The notes beneath the pieces were generated by a model. It ran no database searches, was not told where the DNA came from, and saw nothing but the letters and a program-made list of their open reading frames with translations. A program made the position numbers and the translations under genes. DNA of 64,000 nt from Pelagomonas calceolata. Taxonomy: Eukaryota. Below, piece after piece: positions 1-9,382 of this stretch. Position 1 is the stretch's first letter. Every line of letters starts with the position of its first letter. The stretch lies in contig CAKKNE010000003.1 in NCBI GenBank assembly GCA_918797485.1, positions 992,001 to 1,056,000 on the forward strand, read 5' to 3'.

Positions 1-20
1 CCAAAGTTGGGAAGAGCAGA

Positions 21-44
21 GCTAGCGTCGTGTAAGGCACTAGC
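21..44 (+). promoter_or_regulatory. CTAG-box element GCTAGCGTCGTGTAAGGCACTAGC
   Basis: Matches the recurrent consensus, 50 bp before ATG 94. Function is inferred. Confidence 0.7.
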
Positions 45-93
45 AAGCTCTGCGCGATTGGGAGGCTGCCCAACAGACGCCATCGACGCGAGA

Positions 94-900
94 ATGGAGC
101 CCTCGAAATCATTAAGAGAAGCCGTCGCCGCCATGGCCGGGCCGGGAGCCGAATTGAGGTACGAGGAGGCGCCGCGCCAGGCCATGCAGCGCCCGATGCC
201 CAAGGACTGCTGGGCCGTCAACGCGTGCGCGCGGCCGGCGGGCCACTGGGGCGATAGCGAGTGGTACGATTTGCAACTCGAAAGGAGGCTGCCTCTCGTC
301 GGACCCATGTTGAATGAAGTGGTCTGCGCGCTGCCTCCTCTCGGAAATGGCCGGGTCTGTGATGTGGGATGCGGCACTGGACGGTGCGCCGTTGAGATCA
401 GGAAGGCCTATCTCCGCTGTACCTTGTGTTTATTGGATGCGGATAAGGACAGGGTCGAGACAGCCAAAAACAGAGTGGCAGAACCGGTAGAGGTGATAGT
501 GGAGCCGTTCGTGGTCGGAGCACCATCCTTACCGGGGGCGCCCTACGACTGCGTCACTTTAGTGTTAGCGCTGAGGCATTCGACAAGACCGGCGCCGCAC
601 TACGCCGAAAGGCTAGGATTGCCATTACATACGGGCACCGTCGAGGAGAGCTATCGCGCCGCTCTGACGACAATCTTCTGCTCGCTGCGGCCGGGCGGCA
701 CGTTGTTGATTGGAGACCAGGTCGCGGCGGGCCACCCGTCGGTGTACAACCAATGTAAATTACTGGAGGACTGCGGCTTCGAGCACGTTGATATTGCCTG
801 GCGCGACCGCGACTTTTTCGTGATTGGGGCCGCGGCGCCGGCGGACGACCCGGAGCCGAGTTGGTTTCGCGGGGAGGGCGGGCCGCGGTTGCCGGCGTAA
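94..900 (+). CDS. Class I SAM-dependent methyltransferase
   Basis: Motif I VCDVGCGTG, acidic LLDAD, YDCV and LRPGG motifs. Start placed at ATG 94. Confidence 0.8.
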   Translation: MEPSKSLREAVAAMAGPGAELRYEEAPRQAMQRPMPKDCWAVNACARPAGHWGDSEWYDLQLERRLPLVGPMLNEVVCALPPLGNGRVCDVGCGTGRCAVEIRKAYLRCTLCLLDADKDRVETAKNRVAEPVEVIVEPFVVGAPSLPGAPYDCVTLVLALRHSTRPAPHYAERLGLPLHTGTVEESYRAALTTIFCSLRPGGTLLIGDQVAAGHPSVYNQCKLLEDCGFEHVDIAWRDRDFFVIGAAAPADDPEPSWFRGEGGPRLPA

Positions 901-1139
901 GTTGTTTTCGTCATTTGCGGTTTAAGAGAAGCGATTCTCTACAGCGATTCGAGCCGTAAGGACTGGATCCCTTATTTCTAGTGTGTCACGCTAGATCATT
1001 ATGATAGCAGATTTGCAGAGCAACGAGGTGAAAAGAAGTGCACGTTGAACGAGCAGATCTTGGATAATAGTCAAGAGAAAGATTGTTCTCACTGCTGCTT
1101 GCTGCTGCGAGCCCGACGCCATCGATGCGACCCTCAGCC

Positions 1140-2635
1140 ATGCAGCTCGCGCTGCTCTGCCTCGGCGCCTCGGCGCTGGTCCCGCCGACGCAACGGAGAC
1201 CACCGACCGCGCTACGAGCGAAGGCCGAGGCCTTTGTCACAGAAAACGCCCCGGACCTCCTCAAGGAGATCGTCATGAAAAGAACAAGTTTGGGCGAGGA
1301 CGCGCGGCGGAACAACGCGCGCACGGGCGGATCTGTAAAACTAGAGCACGTGACGCTCGACAAGATCGATGGAAATGGCCTCGCGTTCACGTGCTCCGTG
1401 AAAAGAAGAGCGGGCGGCTTCGGCGGGGGGTTTAGTACAGAAGACGAAACGACCACCGCGAATTGGGGCGACTTACTAGAATGCGGCTGGGAGGCGGACC
1501 AGTGCGAGGTCGATCCCGACGGCGCGACGGCGCAAAGGAGATTGATGCAGGTCGCCTGTTCTCTGGGGTTGAATGGGGATGCCGCTAGGTTGCTCTCGAC
1601 GGAATTTCCGGGCGGGTTGGGCGACGCGGGCGCGCTCCCGGACAACCTGTGGTTGAACAACATTCCCGCGTCGAAGGAAGCACGAAGTCACTTGGGAGAT
1701 GCGGTCTGCGACGCTGTCGTACAAGCGATCCTCGAGGACGCGCCGACGCTCCAAGTCACGGTGAAGCCGCCCGAGCGCGGCCCTGCGTGGCAATCAACCT
1801 GTGAGTCGGGAGCTTTTCGCGTCGATGGCGTGAGCGCCGCGAAATTTGATTTCCACGCAGGCTCGACCCGGAGATGGACACTTATAGAATAGGCACGTTA
1901 CTGGAGCTCGCCCGCCACCTGGCTTTTAGGGTTATCGAGGGCACGGGCCGAAAAGTGAGGATATGCGTGCAGGCGCCGATGGGCGAGGGCATCTTCAGCG
2001 GTCTACCTCTATCGCTGAACGGCGTGCGCAAGCTCCTGGAGATGATGGACTGGGGGTCGCAAGGTGCCGAACTCCAGCAGAAGAAGTTCATCCGGTTTGG
2101 CGCCGTGGGCAGCGAGTGGGTCGACGCCGACGACGAGGTCTTTGTGGTGCTCGCGCCGCAGTCCATCGTGGGGAATAGCATCGTGCCCCTGCTGCAGGAG
2201 ATGGTCGAAGCCGCTAAGGGGAGGCCTGTGATCTTGATCAACGGTAGGATGGGCGACGTCCAGTCGAGTGCGGGCGTCATGTCGTATCGGGGACGGGCCG
2301 ATCGCCTGGACTTTGTCGACGAGTTCCGGGAGTGCTTTCATTTCTCGTTGGTGGTGCCTCCTGGTAGGACCTTCTTTCCTATTTTGGGTGCCGTGTGCCG
2401 ACCTTTTTTAGATTGCCCGTACGCGCTGTATCGGCGGCTCGAGTTATGCACCGAGGAAAATAGAATATTCGCGAACAGCGTCGAACGGGCGGCCGCGGCG
2501 AAGTCGGGCGACCTCGTCGAGAAGTACGAGCCCGTCGGCTGCTACGGGGAGATGCCCACGGCGAAGGAACAAAAACTCGCGTACCGCGAGGCGGCGAAGG
2601 CCGATTTAGCGGCGGGGCGCGTCGTGAGGGCGTAA
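1140..2635 (+). CDS. Plastid-targeted DUF1995-like protein (LPA3/AK5 C-terminal-like), 2 exons (1140-1774, 1861-2635)
   Basis: Signal peptide ending GASA-L. Removing intron 1775-1860 restores PELDPEMDTYRIGTLLEL, followed by QAPMGEGIFSGLPLSLNG and SSAGVMSYRGRADR. Confidence 0.75.
1775..1860 (+). mobile_element. Mini introner element forming a GC-AG intron (86 nt)
   Basis: TIRs CTGCGTGGCAATCAA / TTGATTTCCACGCAG. TSD GCGCGGCC / GCTCGACC (6/8). Confidence 0.85.
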
Positions 2636-2659
2636 TTTTTCCTATGGATATTATTCTGT

Positions 2660-3736
2660 TTACTCGGACCAGTCGACGTAATGCTCGAGGCAGTTGGCGA
2701 CGTCTCTCTCTGACATGTTCTCGTCGAAATCTGCCGTGATCCACTTAAAGCTCACAAGAAGTTCGGAAGCCCCGGCAGCCCCGTGTATCGGCTCCCAACG
2801 GACACGGAGAGTTGGGTCCATCCAATTATGAGTATGATCGGCCCTGTATCTAATGAAATGCAACGCTTTATTCTCGCTCACAGGAGCATAAGGCATATTA
2901 TCGATCTCGAAATCGATTCCATGGCCAGAAATGTGATCGATCACACCAGAATATATCCTTGCAAATCGTACTCGCCCAGTCTGGTTTCTGCGCGAGACCA
3001 TCACATTTGCGCTGAACCGGACGTGCGGGTGGTCAAGAGCGCGCTCATACAAACCCTCTGGTATGCTAAAGCTCGCGCCAACACCTAGGGCCCCATCCGC
3101 ACCCTGTGGAGAGATTACCCTACTGCCAACATATGCGCTTTCCCAAGGCCCTTCCGCTTCCCGCAACCGGAGTTCCAGCGCCAGCGTATAATACGCTGGA
3201 ACTCCCGCCAGCGTGTACTCGACGAGGGAGATAGAGGGCCACGGTTGCTGGGACTCAAAACGCTCGCCGTTAAACTTGTCTTGATACATGCGGAAGAGCT
3301 CCCCCGGCGCCGGTACGCCGGCGAGCGATGTACCGGTGACCGGTAGGCCGGTGAGCAGCGGAAAGCGTTTCAATAAGAGGTCATGTTCAAGCCGCGGCGA
3401 GAGGCGCATGCACGCGTCGCGAAGGGTGCGACTCGCTACGACGCAGGTGAACCGCATGGGCAGGTCGACGAACGCTAGGAGCGCCCCGAGCACGTCCTCG
3501 GGAAAGCGCTCGATGTCACAGGAGGCGCGCGAGGCCGCGGCGACAACAGGTGGCGGCAACGTATAGTCCTCGAACGCTTCCAGCATACGCAGTGCGAGCG
3601 GAGATAATGTGGTGTCGAGACCAGCGCGCGCAAATTGGTAGTCCTCCGCTTCGCCTAGAACCGGGGCTGCCCCCCTGAGATCCTCCAAGGCCTGCAGTAG
3701 ACAGGCAAGCTCCCGCTCAGGCATCTGAGGAGCCAT
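2660..3736 (-). CDS. F-box-like protein
   Basis: ERFPEDVLGALLAFVD...VASRTLRDAC resembles an F-box. Remainder not recognised. Confidence 0.55.
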   Translation of the reverse strand: MAPQMPERELACLLQALEDLRGAAPVLGEAEDYQFARAGLDTTLSPLALRMLEAFEDYTLPPPVVAAASRASCDIERFPEDVLGALLAFVDLPMRFTCVVASRTLRDACMRLSPRLEHDLLLKRFPLLTGLPVTGTSLAGVPAPGELFRMYQDKFNGERFESQQPWPSISLVEYTLAGVPAYYTLALELRLREAEGPWESAYVGSRVISPQGADGALGVGASFSIPEGLYERALDHPHVRFSANVMVSRRNQTGRVRFARIYSGVIDHISGHGIDFEIDNMPYAPVSENKALHFIRYRADHTHNWMDPTLRVRWEPIHGAAGASELLVSFKWITADFDENMSERDVANCLEHYVDWSE

Positions 3737-3856
3737 TTGTATGGCCGTGTGTATGGGGGATTCAGACTGGTCGCGATCGATGTAACAAGGTTCTTTAATG
3801 CCAGCCGCTGCCTAGCCTAGCATCAGATAACCAAGGGCTGCCCAAAAAGCATAATT

Positions 3857-3881
3857 GCTAGTGTCTTACAGGCCCGCTAGC
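3857..3881 (-). promoter_or_regulatory. CTAG-box element GCTAGCGGGCCTGTAAGACACTAGC
   Basis: Between divergent F-box and Mx-like genes. Confidence 0.75.
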
Positions 3882-4113
3882 TCGGGGAAGCAGCGTTTTC
3901 AGCAGAGCTGAGCAGGCCTGCAAAAGGAGCCAGCGCTCGACAGAGCGACGCAGCGCACGACCGCAGCGCTACAGCGTCGCTTGCGGCAATCGCCATCGCC
4001 CGCCGCCGCTCGCGGCTGTGCTCACTAGAGCTCTCGGGTCGCTGAGCGTGCGACGCGCGCGCCGCGCCACATAAGAGCTCGGGTCGCTGAGCGCCGCGCC
4101 GCAAAGCGCAGCC

Positions 4114-6675
4114 ATGGCCGACCCGCCGAGCCCGAGCAAGATGAACACCGATACCCTGAGTGACGCCGCGCGGCCGCTCATCGATTTGATAGACACGCTG
4201 CGGTCCCACGGCGTCCAGCAGGATTTACCGCTCCCCCAAATCGCGGTCATGGGCGACCAAAGCGCCGGCAAGTCGTCTGTATTAGAAGCCATTTCCGGCG
4301 TGCCCTTCCCGCGAGGCACGGGACTCGTGACGCGGTGCGCGACGCAATTGATCATGAGCCGGGCCCCGCCCGGCGCAGCTTGGACCGCGAGTGCCTGCGT
4401 CGAGCCCAATGATGGCGCCGCACCTATCAAGTTAGAAAAAGCGGAGGACGTCGCCGACGTGATCGAAAAGTTGACTGCTAAATTGTGTGAGCGGGAAGGT
4501 GGTGCGTTCTCCACTACTGCTGCGGTGGTGATCAAATTGCGTTCGCCGGACGTCCCGGACCTCACTCTGTTGGACTTACCGGGCATCGTGCGAACCGCCG
4601 TCGCCGGCCAAAGTCAGTCGGTCATCGGTGATGTCAATTCATTGATAGAAACGTACCTGAAACAGGAACGGACCGTCGTATTGGCCGTCATCCCCGCGAA
4701 CCAGGACGTGGCGACCATCGACATCCTCCAGAAGGCGAAAGGTGCCGATCCGGAAGGCGCGAGGACCATCGCGGTCCTAACTAAGCCAGACCTCATCGAC
4801 CAGGGCGCGGAAAAGGAAGTGCTAGAAACATTACTCAACAAGCGCGCCCCGCTGAAGCTGGGCTACGCCATGGTGCGCTGTAGGAACCAGCGCGAGAACG
4901 AGGCGCAGATCTCGATGACTACTGCGCGCGAGCGGGAGAAGGCCTTCTTCGACGCTCATGCTTTTTGGGGCAGTGATGCATTGCATGTTCCTAGGGAACA
5001 GAGGTATACTTTGCTCGGTGTTGATGCCTTGACTGGGAGGCTATCATCACTACTGGTAACAAGAATACGAAAGGCCCTACCAGCTATCAAGTACGAGCTC
5101 CAGAATCAGAAAAAGGAGGCCGAACAGGAGTATAAAAGATTGGGTGGCGACAACGCGCCAGACGACCCCATCAAGATGCGAGCCGCTCTCGTGGACGTCG
5201 TCACGCGCTACGCCGCATTGATGAGACAATCCGCGAGGGGCAACTACGGCCACACGCTCCTAGCCCAAAATCCGAACCTGAGACTCTTCGGCCGCCATCA
5301 GGTCGTCTTCAAGGACCTCAAGGACTCCGTCGGAGACACGCAGCCCGCGTTCGACGACGAGCGATTTACGAAGCACCTCGCGCGGGAGATGCACGCCTTT
5401 CGCGGGCGGGAGTTACCTGGTTTCACCAATAGTCAAGTTTTCTATGGGTTCATGGTGAAAAATATAGAAGAGTGGCGGCCGTTCGTGGAGGATTGCCGCG
5501 CGCAATATGTCGCTACGACTATTCGGGTCTCTGACGAGTTGCTCGAGGCGCTGGCGCCGACGTATCCCTCACTAGTGTCAGAAATACGACAATTGGTCAC
5601 GACGATCCTGGAGGAGGCCGGGGATCGCGTGCAGCGCAAGCTTGACGACGTCTTCGCGAAAGAAAGCGATCCCTACACGACCAACGAGTCCATGCTTGAA
5701 TTGGTGAACCAGATCCGCATGAAGAACTTCGACATCGCTCTACGCTCTGTGTTAGACTCAGTGCCGCCGTCCGCACTTGTGGGAGACAACGAGGAGAAAA
5801 AAAGTGCAGCTGCTGCCGCACATGTCAAACGCAAATTAGGCCAGTGGTACATGGCCACCCACGGCGTCAACACCGCCTCCAAAGTGGAAGACATGTGTAC
5901 TTTATTAGAGGCCTACTGGGACGTGGCCACGAAACGACTGGTCGACAACGTGTGCATGACCCTCGAGCATGATTTTGCGAATTTCTCCCTTAAGAAACTG
6001 GAGGAGTCGTGTTTTCTCTTTGCGGCGGACGCTGGTGTTCCGGAGAAGACGGATTTACTTGAGAGGTTGTTCTTGCAAGATCCCCGAGTGGTTCAACAGA
6101 GAAAAGCTGCTCTGGAGAAGAAGGGTCGGATGGAGGCGGCGCTGGACGCTCTGGGCGAGTCGGGGCTGCGCGTCGTGGCGGAGCGGGCGAACTCCGTGAA
6201 GGTCGAGGCTCCGAAGGCGTTGGCGGCTGGCTTTGTGACGTCGGACCGGGAAGCGTCGAACGCGACGCTGACGACATTGCCGCCTCGGCGGGCGTCCTCC
6301 GTAGAGCGGGGCGCGCCGCCGCCGCCGCCCGCGGCGTCGCGCCCGCCGCCGCCGCCTTATGAGGAACCAACGAGGCCGCCGCCGCCGGCCTACGTCGAGC
6401 CATCGAGGCCCTCGCCGCCGCCGCCGCCCGCCGTGAATCCCGATTTGGTAAGAGCGGGGCTGCAGACCGCGGCGGAGAACCCCGAGCTCGTCAAAGCCGG
6501 CGCGGCCGCGGCCTACGAGAACCGCGAAATGCTCGGCGCGGCGGCGTCGGCCGTGGCCGACAACGCGGACCTCTTCTCGGGCGGCGGGCTCTTCGGGGAC
6601 GACGCCTCGGCTGCCGCTCCGGCGGATACGGACGCGCTGGCGAACAAGTTCGGGAGCTTGTTCGGGGACGCCTAG
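4114..6675 (+). CDS. Mx-like dynamin-family GTPase with Pro-rich C-terminal tail
   Basis: LPQIAVMGDQSAGKSSVLE, PRGTGLVTRC, DLPG and TKPD motifs. Mx-type signatures LIDLIDTLRSHGV, GYAMVRCRNQ and RGRELPGF. Confidence 0.88.
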   Translation: MADPPSPSKMNTDTLSDAARPLIDLIDTLRSHGVQQDLPLPQIAVMGDQSAGKSSVLEAISGVPFPRGTGLVTRCATQLIMSRAPPGAAWTASACVEPNDGAAPIKLEKAEDVADVIEKLTAKLCEREGGAFSTTAAVVIKLRSPDVPDLTLLDLPGIVRTAVAGQSQSVIGDVNSLIETYLKQERTVVLAVIPANQDVATIDILQKAKGADPEGARTIAVLTKPDLIDQGAEKEVLETLLNKRAPLKLGYAMVRCRNQRENEAQISMTTAREREKAFFDAHAFWGSDALHVPREQRYTLLGVDALTGRLSSLLVTRIRKALPAIKYELQNQKKEAEQEYKRLGGDNAPDDPIKMRAALVDVVTRYAALMRQSARGNYGHTLLAQNPNLRLFGRHQVVFKDLKDSVGDTQPAFDDERFTKHLAREMHAFRGRELPGFTNSQVFYGFMVKNIEEWRPFVEDCRAQYVATTIRVSDELLEALAPTYPSLVSEIRQLVTTILEEAGDRVQRKLDDVFAKESDPYTTNESMLELVNQIRMKNFDIALRSVLDSVPPSALVGDNEEKKSAAAAAHVKRKLGQWYMATHGVNTASKVEDMCTLLEAYWDVATKRLVDNVCMTLEHDFANFSLKKLEESCFLFAADAGVPEKTDLLERLFLQDPRVVQQRKAALEKKGRMEAALDALGESGLRVVAERANSVKVEAPKALAAGFVTSDREASNATLTTLPPRRASSVERGAPPPPPAASRPPPPPYEEPTRPPPPAYVEPSRPSPPPPPAVNPDLVRAGLQTAAENPELVKAGAAAAYENREMLGAAASAVADNADLFSGGGLFGDDASAAAPADTDALANKFGSLFGDA

Positions 6676-6698
6676 AGTATAAGAAGTTGTTACACATA

Positions 6699-8096
6699 CT
6701 AGGTCCACGCGTCGAGCGTGAGGAGCGCGCGAGTGACCCTGCCGCCGAGGTGAGGGTTGTTTTGGTAGTCTCCATGTTCTGGCATACCGCTTTCGCCGGG
6801 GTGCGCCGGGCAACAAAAGCCGAGGCGAACTCCCCTGATATGGAGCTCAGCCGTGGCGTCGGGATAGTCCGCGATGGCGTGACACTGGGGGGCGAAGATT
6901 TCGTCAGCGCATCGCTCCCGCAATTCCGGGTCGTATGGCCGTTCAAGCATGCTCTCCTTCTCCAAAAGATCATCCGATGCAGTCAGGGGAATGAACGGTA
7001 AGATCGGATTCGTCCCAATCACCTGGCCATTAATGTGAACGTCGCCAGGCCAGTCCCGCAAACCCTGGACACCGACCTCGTGCTCCCCGAGGCACATCGA
7101 CTTCCCGTCAGAGAGCCGGAAGAGGTCCACGCGGACCGAGACAAAGCGGCGATTTTTCGGGAGCTGCGACGAGCGGTGTTCGTCGACATGACCGTGCTCC
7201 AGCAGCTGGTCCGGCCAGTCGTGATTGATCTCAGAGAATCCATAGATATTACCAGTAGCTGCATGAGCCACTTGGTGGCACCCGACGACGTTTGCGACTT
7301 CAGCGAGCCACGCGTTGTCCAGGCGATTGGTATGGTGGGTTTCATTCACCTCCCAAACTTCGCGAAAGAACCAATCCGGCTCGAGGCCGCTCGCGATGCG
7401 TAGGCTGTCCGCGAATCTCAGTTCGTCGGCCCAGGAGGTTTGCTCGTTTTCAACGCGGCCGGGCGCGAGAAAAGGCTCCGCGCCGTCAACTAAGACGCTC
7501 CGGCGGCCGACGACGGCGTCATTAATGTCACGGACGATCACATCGACTAGCAAGACGCGGCCCGGAAGCCGCAGGGCCGACGGCCGACGAGCTGCCTCAT
7601 CCTGGTCATATTTAATTTCATCGATCGCGTCGTCGTCGAGCTTGTGCCCAAAGATTGGCTCGCAGCGCGCCAGGGCCTCCGGCGACAGCGTCTGCTTTTT
7701 GGCGGCCCACCACTCTGGGCTCCAGCTCTCCTCGAAGTGTAACTCGCGCGCAAGCGCTTCTTCCGGCGTAAGCGCCAGCGGCCGCGAGGCCAATGTGATG
7801 CGCGACCCGTCCGCCGCCCTGCGCGGCGGCCGTGACCGCCGCGCGAGGAACGCCGCACCGAGACGTACACCGCGCCGCTCGAGCTCCGCACTTGTGGTCC
7901 AATAAGCTCGCGCCCGCGCCGCCGCGTGAGCATCTACTGCGGACGCTATCGTCTTCGACGCATGAGCGTAATTGGAGACCAGCGTCTGCTCATCACAAAA
8001 GGAGCAGATCACGTCGAGCGTGTCCGCATTCAGACTGTCCGCCGGCGCATTGCTGCGTGGCTTAGCGCTAGTGCTCTTCGACACTTTGAGACCCAT
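6699..8096 (-). CDS. F-box-like protein with possible N-myristoylation site
   Basis: Likely start MGLKVS (MGxxxS). DSLNADTLDVICSFCD...YAHASKTI is F-box-like. Confidence 0.5.
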   Translation of the reverse strand: MGLKVSKSTSAKPRSNAPADSLNADTLDVICSFCDEQTLVSNYAHASKTIASAVDAHAAARARAYWTTSAELERRGVRLGAAFLARRSRPPRRAADGSRITLASRPLALTPEEALARELHFEESWSPEWWAAKKQTLSPEALARCEPIFGHKLDDDAIDEIKYDQDEAARRPSALRLPGRVLLVDVIVRDINDAVVGRRSVLVDGAEPFLAPGRVENEQTSWADELRFADSLRIASGLEPDWFFREVWEVNETHHTNRLDNAWLAEVANVVGCHQVAHAATGNIYGFSEINHDWPDQLLEHGHVDEHRSSQLPKNRRFVSVRVDLFRLSDGKSMCLGEHEVGVQGLRDWPGDVHINGQVIGTNPILPFIPLTASDDLLEKESMLERPYDPELRERCADEIFAPQCHAIADYPDATAELHIRGVRLGFCCPAHPGESGMPEHGDYQNNPHLGGRVTRALLTLDAWT

Positions 8097-8148
8097 TGGT
8101 GGCACGTAGTTAGAGCAATGCCGTGCAAAAACCAGCGGACCCAGCCGA

Positions 8149-8171
8149 GCTAGCGTATGTAAGACACTAGC
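8149..8171 (+). promoter_or_regulatory. CTAG-box element GCTAGCGTATGTAAGACACTAGC
   Basis: Between divergent starts 8096 and 8372. Confidence 0.75.
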
Positions 8172-8371
8172 AAGCCGTGAAAATTTTTTGAGGTGGGCAA
8201 AATCCCAGGACCGCACGCGCTCAAGCCTTCATTGTGTTTCGCTGTCAGTTGCATTTATTCCTATAATTCACGCCGCGCATCCTCCAGTGCAACACACGCT
8301 TGCGCTGTAGCTTTGCAATCCACCAGGCACACGTGTGCAGCCGTAGATTGCAGCGCTCGCGATCGCACAAC

Positions 8372-9343
8372 ATGGACTTCATCCTCAACTGCTTCCGCAA
8401 GCCCACGAAGCTCGACGCCGCGACGCTCGAGTGCCAGGACGCGAGCACGTCGGGCGCCATCATCGACGCGTTGAAAGGAGACGCGGGCTTCGGCAAACTA
8501 AGCACATTTGAGGGCGACGCGATCGTCCAGAGAGACGAGGAGGACGCCGAGAAGCTGCAAAAGGGTGTTGATGCGTCTGTTGCCGCGGGCGTGTTGCCCA
8601 AGTTAAATCCGCCGCCCACCTATCAGGTGATCGATGTGCTGGGCAAGACGCCGGATGACGTGTGTGATGCGATTTTGAAGCACATGGGAGACGCCGCGAA
8701 CAAGGGCGGCGTCGTCGTGTTATGTGGTTTGAGCGGCACGGGCAAGGGCACGACGGTCGCGCGCTTACAAGCTCGATTAGGCCCGGGCAAGACGAAGACC
8801 TGGTCGAACGGCGACGTGTTTCGATCGTTAACTCTACTGGCAGCTACCTGGCGCGAAAAAAACTACAACCCGGCCTGGGACAAGGCGTTGACCCCCACAC
8901 GCGTCGCGGAGTTCATGGGCATGCTCGAGTTCGGGAAATTCGAGGGCTCCTGGGACATTAGAGTGCGCGGTTTGGGCGTCGACGCGTTAGTCTCGAAGGT
9001 GAAGAATACCACGCTAAAAGCTCCTTTGGTGGCCAAGAACATCCCCACCGTTGCGGAAAGGACCCAGGGCGAGGTCGTGACCTTCGCCGCCGCGGCGGCC
9101 AAGAAAATGGGCGACGACGGTTTAGTTGTGTTGCTAGAAGGAAGAGAAGCCACGGTGAACTACATCCCGTCGCCCTACCGCTACACGCTGACCATGAGCG
9201 ACCGCGCGGTGCTCGGCCAGCGCCGCGCGGCGCAGCGCCTCGCCGCGGCGGTGCTCAAGGACGTGGGGGAGGGCGCTTCGGAAGAGGCCATCTCGGCTTC
9301 CTTGCGAAAGAAGTTGAATGAGTTCCTCGAGGAGGTGCCGTGA
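8372..9343 (+). CDS. Cytidylate-kinase-like P-loop NMP kinase
   Basis: P-loop GLSGTGKGT, NGDVFRSLT and VLLEGR motifs. Confidence 0.7.
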   Translation: MDFILNCFRKPTKLDAATLECQDASTSGAIIDALKGDAGFGKLSTFEGDAIVQRDEEDAEKLQKGVDASVAAGVLPKLNPPPTYQVIDVLGKTPDDVCDAILKHMGDAANKGGVVVLCGLSGTGKGTTVARLQARLGPGKTKTWSNGDVFRSLTLLAATWREKNYNPAWDKALTPTRVAEFMGMLEFGKFEGSWDIRVRGLGVDALVSKVKNTTLKAPLVAKNIPTVAERTQGEVVTFAAAAAKKMGDDGLVVLLEGREATVNYIPSPYRYTLTMSDRAVLGQRRAAQRLAAAVLKDVGEGASEEAISASLRKKLNEFLEEVP

Positions 9344-9382
9344 TTTGCTGTCCGCCCGTGCGGGGACAGCTTCCTAAGAATC

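Noticed and set aside
21..44. CTAG-box as a rho-independent terminator or introner footprint
   Set aside because: Eukaryotic context, no U-tract, located at 5' rather than 3' ends, no similarity to the introner TIRs and no consistent flanking TSD seen.
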